A DNA stretch of 63,977 nucleotides, the filler included, from Choristocarpus tenellus KU-1152 (taxonomy: Eukaryota > Protista > Phaeophyceae): assembly GCA_964200185.2 (NCBI GenBank). It is 12 parts of 12 records of this genome, joined end to end, with 100 filler letters (N's around TTAATTAATTAA, not from the genome) between each part and the next. Parts side by side here need not be neighbours in the genome. Positions count along the whole stretch, not along the records: positions 7,391 to 27,313 come from CAXNAD020000432.1; 11 more parts are not named here. One strand, 5' to 3'. This document shows, piece after piece, positions 13,701 to 24,600 of this stretch. A model generated the notes under the pieces. That model was not told the origin of the DNA, ran no database searches, and saw nothing but the letters and a program-made list of their open reading frames with translations. The position numbers and the translations under genes are program-made. Each line of letters begins with the position of its first letter. Within the stretch, counting starts at the first letter, position 1.

Positions 13701-16700
13701 CATGAAGGAGGAAGAATTGTATACGGAACTTTCTCTTCATTGTCTACTGGAAGGGTTGCAAATAAACAGTAGGTCATGCACATCAAGTTCACAGAGTCGT
13801 TCGAGATTCCTTGTCCCACCATTTCAGATGGTCAGAGATGATAAATCAACTTTGGATAATGTAGTGATAGGATAGCATAGCGCAGATGTATGTACTTCTA
13901 TTTCTAGAGCTTTGCAATATTAACTGTGTCTTTTACGTTTTCGGCAGATCTGGTACCGCACAATGGTGTGATAGCCCCTTTCAGTTACTACTTCGAAGTA
14001 CTGTTTAGGAAGAAGAGCATACAACCCATCATCTCTTAATAGGTTCACCTAGAAACTAAAGTTTTTAAACATCTCATATAATGAAACATCGCATAGTACA
14101 TTATGCGACCCAAATGTTTTGGAGTTATTGGCCACAACACATTGGCTGCAGAATAGGTTTGTCAAGCAAACAGGCTGAGCGACGTGTTAGACAATGGATG
14201 TAAAAAAAATGATTCTGAGTGTAGTCCAGGACATTGGGTATTCCAGAACAAATGGGCAGAGCGTTGTCCTGGGCAGAAAACACCATCAACCAAATGACTC
14301 CAAGTATTTTCCTATGCAACAGATGTTGGTCACATTTTTATCAAGCATTTTTGACGATGCTAGCATGTAGAATTGGCTCAAAGTATCTGGGGGGGGGAGT
14401 GGCGGCTGTCCATTTAGGACCCATTTTTCAATGTCGCAATTTTTGGGTGATTCAGAGGGATAATATAAGTGCACCTTTCCTGGTCAGGGCCCAAATGGAC
14501 ACCCTTGGTGTAGACCACCCCCCCCCCCGATATTTTGAGCCATTACACTGCCTGAGGTATGGATTTTTTTCTTCATCGTGCTGTCAATGGTGGATCTAAT
14601 TGGGCTTCAAAAACCAACGACCAGTGGAAGAATCTATGTTACAAAGAAAAATGATCTTCACCGTTGACCTTTGACCCCTAGTAAGCCAAGAGTTGAAGAA
14701 GTCAGTACATTGAATCAAGGTCAGGAGGAAATTAGGAATTAATTTGTTTTGTGTAGTAATGGAACAAATAGGAGATGGAAGCCCAAATGTTTTGGATGAT
14801 ATTTTTTGTATCTGCACTGCCTGTACTAATGATTTGAAGTTGGTCATTCTGTAATTTTCAAGCACGTACACAATTTTCCAACTATGTATCTGAATCCTAT
14901 GCCTTCAATGCTATTTTACCATCTTCTTGTTGAGTATTTTTGCCCATTTTGTTTCTATGCTGTTACTTTCATTAAATGTTGGAGGACTAACGATCCTCTC
15001 ACGTAGGAGGAAATTGAAGGGACTGTAGAGCCCAGCCAATACCCTAGAGAGGAAAAAATACATTAGAGCTCAGGAAATATATCTGATGCCTCACTCATCT
15101 CACCACTACCTTTGTTCAATAACAGAGCTAAGACAAACCCTGCCCGATAGCAATTCTAGACTTGGTGAACTCCCTTCCTTACACAGCGTGTATTTTATTC
15201 TCTAAGCAATGATGCACCCTACACATTTAGACTCCTGACTATATCTACCTTCCTGGCTGCCTCTGCCACCACTATGCTTGGTCCACTTCCTATTGGGACA
15301 GGCAATGCTGGCTAGAGAAGTGCAAGAGGGAAGTGGAAGCCGCCCTGCTTCTCAATGGCCGCATTGGGGAGCAGAAACCTGAGAAGGCCAGAGAGGTGTG
15401 CTGGATAGAATAAAGACAGTGACAAGTAACAAATGTACTGCTTAATGATGAAAAGTGCACTTGGATTCTGTAAAAACATCCCGGTCCTGTTCATCCCCCC
15501 CCCACCCCCCCGCCCCCCCCCCCCCCCCCACCCCACCCCACTCCCAGCCAACATAACCCCGCCCCCTTCNNNNNNNNNNGGCGTTCAATCGTGTCCTCTC
15601 CCTCCCCCCCCCCCCCCCCCCCCCCCCGGATCAATTTTCCTTGAATGGAAACTGGCCGAAGTTGAGATCTGTGCTCCTTGCTGTGGAAATTGGCGTGCTT
15701 GCTCGACTCAGAGACTCTGTTGGATTACAGGCATTAGTATCTTCCAGCTGGAGTGAGCTGCAACAATGCTCAATAACACTACTGGAATATTGTGCGAAGG
15801 TAAGAGAGATTTGTGATAGGGGTGGAAACTATTACGAGGATATATATATATATATATATTGCACGTAACAACACCTTGAAGCTATTTGGATAATGGTCTC
15901 CTGGCGTACTGCCCCATACCAAGTTCCCCATCTCTCTTCCATGTCGTTTTTTCTATTACTCTGTTCCCTCCCTTGGGTAAACATTGCAGTTAGTGGACGA
16001 TATTTTAGGAGATTCTGAAGCAACAGCAGCGATGTGCCGGGTCAGCATCCTGCAGTGCATGGGCCGGCCCTTGGTGGATGTTGCTACCCTTGGAGGTCTC
16101 TATCGCCGTCTGCTGCTGTGTGCCCAGTCCAAGGTGAGAGGATTGAGCCGTACCAAGATTCAAAATGATAATATTCTGGGGACACAATCCGAGCAAAACG
16201 ACCTCTGGACCAATCCAATAACTTGGTTGCCATAATGAAACTACGATGCATTTTCTCTGCAACCTCTCCCAAATCCTCAACCTTTGGATTGCTGGAGTGG
16301 AGGATTTAGTCCAAGAATAGGCAACATAGACTAGGAAAACTAGCTCAGGTCAGCATTTGTTGACGCATTTCACTATTATGCCTTGGTCAAGGGAAGGAGT
16401 GGGACCCAGATTTGGGCTAGTGTTGGAGTAGTGGCAGAGACCAGGTTCTTCTTTTGCTAGTTGTGCAACTTGGGGCAACAATCAATGACATTAAACCTGT
16501 GTTCTTCGAAAACTGTGGTATATGTGCTATGGAATGTGGCAGGGAGTGTGTCTGACTCCAATTCTCTTCCTTGGATCGTCAAAGGCTCGACACATGAGTG
16601 AAAAAGCCAAAATATCTTCTCTGCCACAGGAGTAGTATATACGCTCCAGTATTCCCTTGTAGTGCCATGAGTTGAGGGGGAAAAGACCTGGGCAATGACA

Positions 16701-19700
16701 GGGACTCCAAATCATAGTCAAATTGACTCTATTTTACATCTTGTCACGAATAACAGGTAATACTCAAGTTTATTTTGTTAAACTATCCCCTACCGGACTT
16801 GCGGCTTTTATGGTGCTTTAATGAAGGACAAAAAACATCTTGATGTAGATGAACAATGTTAGTATTACAAGGGGCTAGTGGTCTCGATTCTGCTGACTGA
16901 GCTCGTGGGTGAGACTCTAGCTTTAACTACCATCATTACTCTATAGTGTGGGGTTTGTAATCATCCACACTAATTCACTATGAATTACTTATTTACTTGT
17001 CTTAAGTATAAGAAGTGTATCTTGAACATGATATAACCAATCAACACTATGAGTCAGTACATATAATATATCTGTCACTGCCTCTCCATCCTATTATCTA
17101 ATCCACCGGTGGTGTCTACGTGTATCAGCAGCACTATCTACGAACATATCTGTCCTCTCCATTGGTGCCATGCCCTTCTTGTACAGTTATAGAGCTAGGG
17201 AAGGAGTGACAGAAACAAGTCAAAACCCACAGTACACTAAGCGTGCAAACATTAAGTCTTGAATAATCTCTGACTAAATGGAGAGTATCAGGTATAATTG
17301 CAACTCCTCTTGTTCAAAACATGCCTGATAATTTGCTACCCCCTTTTAGAAGTAAGCAATGGTTACATGACCTTAGTAATACCACTTGAATGAAAGCACA
17401 TATGCTATTACAACTATCATAAACTGAAGAACCTTTTGACTTACCAATTTTGTCTCATTAGAAATTGTATGAAACTTACGAAACCTAACTTCAACGCACT
17501 CTAATTCAAAGTGTGACAGTAGTAAACTCACAGAGTCACCAACAGTCTCTACTTGACAAAACGTAAGGTTGCAATACAACATGTGCGAATGGTACTGGGT
17601 AGACTATCTGTCATTGTCATCTACACTGATGGCATTACTTCTGATTACAGAGCAGTAGTCTGAGAGGTATTACCACAAAATTCCTTTGGAGTGTGTCTCA
17701 AATGTCAACCAGTTGTTCCTTGGCAGTTGGTATCTGCAATTTGTAATAACATAATGGGTCCAACTTCATTCTATTACCAGAAACTACAAGAGTAGTAGAT
17801 ATCTTCTAACCAAGACCTCTGTAACATTCATCGTATTGCTAGAAAGTGCTAGAAAAAATGGAACATTTTTCAATATGTTCTTCTCATTGATGATCTGTGG
17901 AAATATTTTGGCGTACTGTATGAATATTGGAACAACAATTATACAGGAGGACATACCGATGTTAAAGAATTTGTGTCAGGATTAAGAATTTGACTCTTGA
18001 GTCTCCTTCCTGCCCAAGCCTTCACAGCTTAGGATGGACCCAAATTTAATCCCAGTGGATTTCTGACAGACTACCCGCTCTTCAAGTTGAATAGTATTCC
18101 TAGGGGCACTGTGATATGTTCAAAGTATCATGTGCAGAAGATGGAGGACCTCGATAAGAGGAGGAGAGACACATTAATCCAGTATTTCCAGAGATTATCT
18201 GAAGAGATAAATGGGATCAGAAAAAAACTTGACAAACACAATCCTCAGTGCATTGTTGAGATCTAGTTATTGCTATTTTTTCTGTTTCCTAGTAACCTTC
18301 AACCTACATGCATTATTAATATGAGCTGAGATTGCTCCATTGCCTTGACACTTCGTACCCTCCAATCCCCCATAAGGAGGAGGTGCTGACCATTGTGGAT
18401 GAGTTTGTGGAGAAGATCAAATTGCTGCAGGAGGGACCAGGCATGCCTCAGGAAGACATTGAATATTTCACAGCTAAGGTGTGCATTTTAACAAGCACCC
18501 TCCCTGCATCTCACACGGGGGTTTGTTTAATTCCTATCTACGTGTGTAAGCTGGCTGAACTCCTCTAGAGGAACAGTACTCAGATATCATCCAGATGCAG
18601 GTAGTGCCTCCTTACATGATTCTTTAACAACTGAAATTATTACCTATGCTCAAACTTCCCTGGACCTAGTGCTACAATCTTGGGCTGTGTATGCTCGAGG
18701 TTGGGCATCCAAACCTTGCAGAGCGATTTCTTGGCAAGTCTCTTCGCCTGCTTAAACTTGGGGCTAGCCAGGACTTCATTGACCACTGGGGCGAACCTAT
18801 GCACAAGGTGGGTGGTGAGGGTGAACAGAGATGTGTATCAATCCAGAGTGAGCCTTCCTGTTAGTACCCAACCTTGTAAAAATGTCTCCTGCCTCTCTCT
18901 ATTTTACATGCATGTCCTTTCCTTGTTACTCCTCGTTTCTCACGGGGTTTTTTTGCACTTATCTCTGTTACTTAGGATTTTGAACAGTATCATAAGAAAG
19001 AGCGCACTTTTTTTGTTTCTGTGCACTTTGGACAACAAACTCAAAACTTGTGCTCAGAATATTAGTGGGATTGCAAGTCATAGAGTGTTTCTGGGTAGTT
19101 TGAATGAATACTGGTTGCAAGAGTTACTTGCCCTTTGACCTTCACATCACCATATTCTGCTTTGTAGTTATCTTTATTACATCAATTGTTAGGACGGCCA
19201 AGACCCACAGGAGGAACGACGCTGGATAATGCTCCCAAGTAATGTTATGGTGTCCGAAGTTCTATTTTCTAACAATGTGCAATGAGGAATATACATGCAA
19301 GATCTAAGGTACATCTCTCACCATAATCTTGAACAATACCATGACTGCCCAAAAGGAAAGCAATTGATCTTAATATAAATATTACATCAGAACTTTCAAA
19401 GATGGTGTCCAAGAATAACCAACAAATGTTCCTACAACTGTGGCTCCCATTACTATAAAATATACCATGCAGAGATTGTAAAAGTGCGGTCAACACCCTT
19501 TGGAGGTCCTCCTCATTTGTTAAGTGCCCAGGAACAGAGCAACCATTCTGCCCACTCCTCATCTAGTCACGATTTGCACTTACAGTAGATAGTACAAAAA
19601 CATTGTCAAACAACCATCTATTTTTACAATTTACCTTCATCCTGTTTTCCTTGACAGCACTGTTCAGTGCAAAAATCTAGATGTCTCCCAGATGTATGAT

Positions 19701-20458
19701 CGAATTTGGACTCACCTCACAAAAGAGTTGCAAGCAAGCTCACGGACGGGGAGTGGACAGGGGCATAGAACATTATAAAATGCCTGTTCCTTTCTCACAG
19801 ATGCAACTCACACCACAAGCACCAACAGGAAGACTTGAACTTGGATCACTAGATGCCTGTAGGGGGAGGTCAACCTCAATACTTGTGCTTCTCAATTTCA
19901 AGGATTGTCTCAGCACCATCACTCCATCAGAACCTACAGATCCTTCAACTGATGCAGTACTGAAACCTTGGAGAACTCAACTTTTAAAGGGCTAGGTATT
20001 GGTCTGAGATCCTCTCTGATGTACATGAACCTCATTCCAGTTGTTCCCAAAAGTTCCAAGATGCCTCATTTTGACACTCTCCACTCTGCTAGGTTCTATG
20101 TGAACACATGGAAAGTACCATTTCCTCTGCAATAGATGAGAAGATCATTATGTACGGTTTGTTCTAGAATTATACTACGAGTTCATGCATTACCAATCAT
20201 CCAGAAATGATTACTTGAAATGCTTGCCAATGAAAATTCGTCAACTCCGCATATCATGCTTTTTCCCCTCAAGGCTATCACCCTACCTGCCTTTGACAGG
20301 CCTACCTTGTTACCTTGCAAGCCAAGGAAGAAGAGGAGAAATGTAGCAGAGGGGGTGCTGGAGATGCTGCTTGGTCAGCAATTTTTGACCCCACCGTAGG
20401 TGCTTCCTTCTGGTCCACTGGGTTCTTTCCAATGCCACTCACGAACTCGAGAGTGTGA
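7725..20458 (+). CDS. ZIP4: Meiotic crossover TPR protein ZIP4/TEX11/SPO22, C-terminal half (spliced, 5'-truncated)
   Basis: Phase-compatible GT-AG exons: 7725-7851, 8814-8890, 9182-9250, 10264-10476, ~11162-11278, 13371-13576, 15302-15395, ~15650-15799, 15990-16133, 18377-18478, 18670-18807, 20300-20458 (TGA). The joined protein contains INYLSK|ACWNIAVSC, GFFQ|ASCQW...LIFRQTSRVLSAVACLE, LLAVEIGVLARLRD and MPQEDIEYFTAK|CYNLG...AERFLGKSLRLL...MHK|AY. These parallel TEX11/ZIP4 blocks recalled from memory (W-x-x-K-x-AWNLA, FF-x-x-S...LMAVA-x-LE, LLLYEFEVRAKLND, YP-x-x-E-x-x-WL-x-x-x-x-WN-x-G). The first two exons are the least certain. Confidence 0.82.
8638..8829 (+). repeat. ~108-bp-period tandem duplication spanning a 3' splice site
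   Basis: ctgtatacaatttacagccc...ttctactctgaaatacAGgggacatcagtggt and ctgtatgcaatttacagtcc...ttctactccataacgcAGgggacatcaatggt. Confidence 0.8.
9350..9608 (-). mobile_element. MITE family A (intronic)
   Basis: AGGTGAAAGTATCTTAGAGGGTA ... TACCCTCTAGGATACTTTGGCTC. 4-bp duplication AGTC. Confidence 0.9.
11340..12610 (-). mobile_element. Degenerate Ty1/copia RT-RNaseH fragment in a ZIP4 intron
   Basis: Minus-strand motifs in copia order: VKITF (cf. DVKTAF, ~12590), NTLYGTPQS (cf. KSLYGLKQS, ~12420), TDILEDNCDIV (cf. RNaseH EDNQ, ~11475) and YPKTKI (cf. HxRTKHI, ~11420). Confidence 0.6.
12085..12237 (+). mobile_element. MITE family S nested in the copia remnant (left end lost)
   Basis: tgtccatttggggtcaatt...cctggtgtagacccc...cccagatactttggttc. 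Confidence 0.82.
14000..14900 (-). mobile_element. Second degenerate Ty1/copia RT fragment in a ZIP4 intron
   Basis: Minus strand reads FNSWLTRGQRS (cf. KARLVARGFxQ, ~14680) and IVKNA* (cf. DVKNAFL, ~14350). A MITE interrupts it. Confidence 0.45.
14375..14541 (+). mobile_element. Complete 167-bp MITE (family S)
   Basis: TIRs GGCTCAAAGTATCTGGGGGG ... CCCCCGATATTTTGAGCC. 3-bp duplication ATT. Confidence 0.9.
17250..17950 (+). mobile_element. Degenerate copia-like RT fragment
   Basis: LSVIVIYTDGI (cf. YVDD motif, ~17605-17637) followed by FLG (~17717). Heavily decayed. Confidence 0.35.
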
Positions 20459-21648
20459 AGATTACACAAAAGCCACAGAAAGTTTGTGGACTCAAGTAAT
20501 ATTTTACAGTGTGGTCATAAAGAGCAAACTGAATACCAGAACAAACTGTAGTACCCACACACTAATAGGCACACAGGCACAGAATATAGAAATAATTGAC
20601 AGGTAGATTGAGAACACGTACGATGCGGACAAACAAGAATTGTTGCTTTTAAGGAAGAATCTGACGTCAAACAAGTGGCATTCATTGCTGAACTTTCATT
20701 TATTGACAAGCCAAACCCTTCCTACGAGAAAATGGAACCCGTCAAATCCATGCTTGTAGCACGTAAGCAGTATTAGCTGTCTTCACAGCCAAGAGTAGTG
20801 TATTGATACACACTAGAGTAATGAAAAAACCCATGGGACATGCACGAATTCTCTGCCATTACCAATCTGGCATCGCTGCAGTGGTTGAGGAGTTTCATTT
20901 CAGGTTCACAAAAAATTCTTAGTCACATATAGCAGATGGCAGAGATGACTCAGTGAATGTGAGGCAGAGTGGGGATTCTTGGTTTGGTCTGACCCTTGCC
21001 CAGGTCTCATGTACTCAAAGGTTGTGGATCTGTAACTGCGGTGTACCTGTGGATCCGACCTATTAATAAAAAGTGAAGACAAACTGGGTATACCAATCAG
21101 AGAATATATCGTCTTTTCAAAATGAGATTTATAGTCTTCATGCCCATGTGTCCACACTGAACCTATAGCTCTCCAGCTGTAGGTTCCTTACACACTTCGG
21201 GACAACTAGATGACTCTTCAGCATGAAAAATGGTCTCCAGCTGTACAATGCACAAGTTTTTTGCATCTTGTACATCACAGTCTGGAGGAGCACCTAGTAC
21301 AGCAGCTAATAGCTGCTTCAGCTTTCACATGTCAGCCAAATGGACCGAAAGCATGGAATTGATGCCTTTTAACTCTAAAAGCACAAAACGTTGAAAATTG
21401 TGCTGCAATAGACATGTTTTGTAACCTTGTTCAACACTAACGCAAGGAAATTCTATGCCAAGCATATGGGATACAATGAACCCCAAAGCAGGAGCTAAAT
21501 TACATTACCACTGTAAAAGGTGACCAACACGCAAATTAATCCTGATGTATCTTCTCCCCCTATCATGGGGATTCTTGGTCCACAGAGTCAAACAAGCTCC
21601 CTCATGCTGTCATTTACCACTTCGAAAAACTGGGAATATAATATACTT

Positions 21649-24600
21649 CTAACCAGTCTTCATTTCTGACACATCCTCTGTGCCCTCAAGAAAGGGTTCA
21701 AGTGTCAGGAGCACAGCTTTTGGTGTTTCCTGAATTCATTGACATGTTTTCAATGTAGGGTAAGGGCAGGAATGATGTGTCTGTGTTGCACTGCAAGATT
21801 TAAAAAGTGGAGTGTACAAGAGCAAGTGAATGTCATGGTACAAGACCAGGAGAAATATGCAAGGAAACATTGGCTGCAGACTGAGAGCTTTCAGGGTACA
21901 AGAAAACTTACCATCCATACTGCTTGAAAATGTGAAGTATCGCACTTTGTGTGGTGGGATACAGAGGATCACTTGCATTGCTAAGACCAGGCCACATCAC
22001 AAGTAGCTTGGCCAAGATCTACAGAGAAATTTAGTACAAAAGCATGATCTACTCTCAACCTTCAGGGTATGATGCCTTCAAAATCATAACCACCAAACAA
22101 CTTACACATGTGTTGAATGAGTTTACAGTATGTTCAACATGAATTCGCAGTATCTGCTTGACTCGACTCTTAAAAATACCTACATGTAATTATTGCGACC
22201 TAACACAAAAACTACTGTACGAGAGAGAGATAACTATTCTATACTATTCGGAAAAGATATCACAAACTGGTTTCGTAACATGCCCTAGTCATTTTTCATG
22301 CACAGACTAGAGCTCTAGTTGGCATGGGGAGACACATAGCCATTGAAATACATCCCATTTGCATTTTTTACCAAGCAAACATATACCAGCAATACATGAG
22401 TTGTAGTAGTCCTGCCAGCAAAAGTAGTACCACAGTGAGTACTACATGCAAAACTAAAAGCGTGACATATCATTGATAGTACCACACTTGAAACTGAAAA
22501 ACACATTAGAAACATAACCCACCTCAAGGTTATACCCCCCCTCTAGGCCGAAGACAATCTTTGTGCCAAATTCCTCACGCAAGCGCTTGGCCATTCGCTG
22601 GTAGTCCAAGGGTTGAAGGCTCATAGTCGCCAGTTCTTCTGCCTCCAAGCCATCGAAGCCAGCACTTACAATCAAAATATCTGGATTGAACTCCTGAAGG
22701 GGGTATCAGTTGGTTGAGGCACAAAGACGATAAAACAAATGCAAGCTCAGATGTGTAGGGTATGAAACATTCAATCCTGCGTTAAACTTGGTATAAGAGA
22801 ATTTGATGTCTGTGGGACTATGTAATCATACTGCTGAGGACTGGGGTTTTCAGCTACAGATGCTCTGGGTTGGGGGACTGAGGGCATGAATGCCTAGAAA
22901 GGTGGATGTGTCTTCATCAGAACAAGGTTTGCTAAGAGCTCAAAACGTAGTTGGCTAAAGTGGAAAAGACCATAGTTTATGCCTTGGACATACGTCCTTC
23001 AAGAAATGCTTGCAGAATCCTAAACATGAACGTCAGCAAGTCATTTAAGAGTAGCTTCATCTAGGAGAACCTGATCAGGGACACGAACATGGTCTGACAA
23101 AGTCCAAGGACCAATTCAATAATCCATGGATGAAATAACACATGAAGCAGGACCCACAGTGGAGGGTTAGGGTACTTGAACGAGACCACAGTGCCAGGCC
23201 CTGTCAGATATGACCAGTCACGTCACAAGCATATATACCTGGTTCTGTGTGATCGGAGCTGTGGGGCTATGTTCTGGTAAAGTACTCCAGGCCCTGTCCA
23301 AAGTCTTGTAACTCTCGAATACAAAAAACTACGAATGACCTTGCATTTGGTACACAGACATCCAACAAGTGTTGTTTATTAACCAAGGAGGAATCCATGG
23401 AATCTATCCTCACACTTTTGGGGGGGGAACTTAAGAACTCTATCAACAGAGCGAAAATCGATTTACCCCCTCTAGTCCCACCTTAAGCCATGGGATTGCC
23501 TCATTCTCGAACCTTGGACCATAGTCATCCCATGTCTCACCCCCCTTGAAGAAGGGGATGTGTTTAAGGTTTTCTGACACAGCAATTGTTTGGTAGTCAC
23601 GAAAGGCGGTTATGAACAAGCGGAATAGGTCAAGGTTGAGCTGTAGCACATTAGATGGACGTGAAATAGAGCACAGCATACCCCTCCCATTGCCTCAAGA
23701 GCTAGGAGTGTAAGGAATATTAGCATGGATGGTCAGGATAGGATACACATGGATGGGGGAGTGTGTGTGTATGTGTGCATGCGCATGGACTAGATGACAG
23801 ATGGACAGATGGGTGAGAGGATGAAACATGTACTCCGGAGTAGTAGGGTCCTACCTTTGTATAATCTTGTGATTGTGTGAATATGACTTACACATTATGA
23901 CATCAACATTAAATTATACACTCGTGTGTTTGTTCACATTCGGGGAAGGAGAGTATACCCCTCACAAAGTCCTGTAGAGGTAACGGTTTGTGAAAAGTTG
24001 AAGGTTTAACGGCACGTGTGTGTATGCTACAGGGGTTAGTGCTAGAGAAATGAGTAGAAAGCATTTGGAAATATACATGGAGACTGTGGGGCCTGAAGGA
24101 GGGTCCCCCTCTATTATTCAACATGAGGTAGGAGTTGGCAGGGAAACGATGTTGGTGATGTACTTGAAGTTGCACATTTTCTCTGTATGGTAGCATGTGG
24201 CAGTCTTGAGGCCGCAATGCTGAGAGGAGAAATTGAGGCACAGGGGTATTGTACTAAAGGGATGAGATTTCCAATCTGGGTGAGGCATTGTGAGTGGAAA
24301 CTAGGGTGTGGGGCTACACATGACAAGGCAGAGGTTGGCAATGGAGGTGGGGCAAGTTTATCTAATCAATACAACAGTACTTGGGAAGTACAAAGTAATG
24401 TAAGCCTTCGAGATCCAAGTTTCAAGTCTGCCTCTGCACCGCAGTCTCAGATCTTGGATTTTCCACCCTCATACTTCTTACAACCAACTGCAGTATAATA
24501 GTGTGAACAAGAAAGCATATGCCCATATGCACCAAGGGAAACAAACGCAATGCCTTAAAGCTGCAGCGAAACTAGTCTGTCACCCTCAACAAGAACTTTA

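Noticed and set aside
11340-14900. A single copia element split by the ZIP4 exon at 13371-13576
   Set aside because: Both flanking fragments contain the same RT region (a DVKxAF-like motif), so they are separate insertions.
15433-15640. Poly-proline / poly-glycine ORFs
   Set aside because: They derive from C homopolymers around a 9-N gap in low-quality sequence. The same applies near 39050 and 30150.
21160-21300. Alternative terminal exon for the HDAC gene
   Set aside because: Exon 21729-21649 joins in phase and gives a typical post-EGGY helix and stop, so this downstream frame is not needed.
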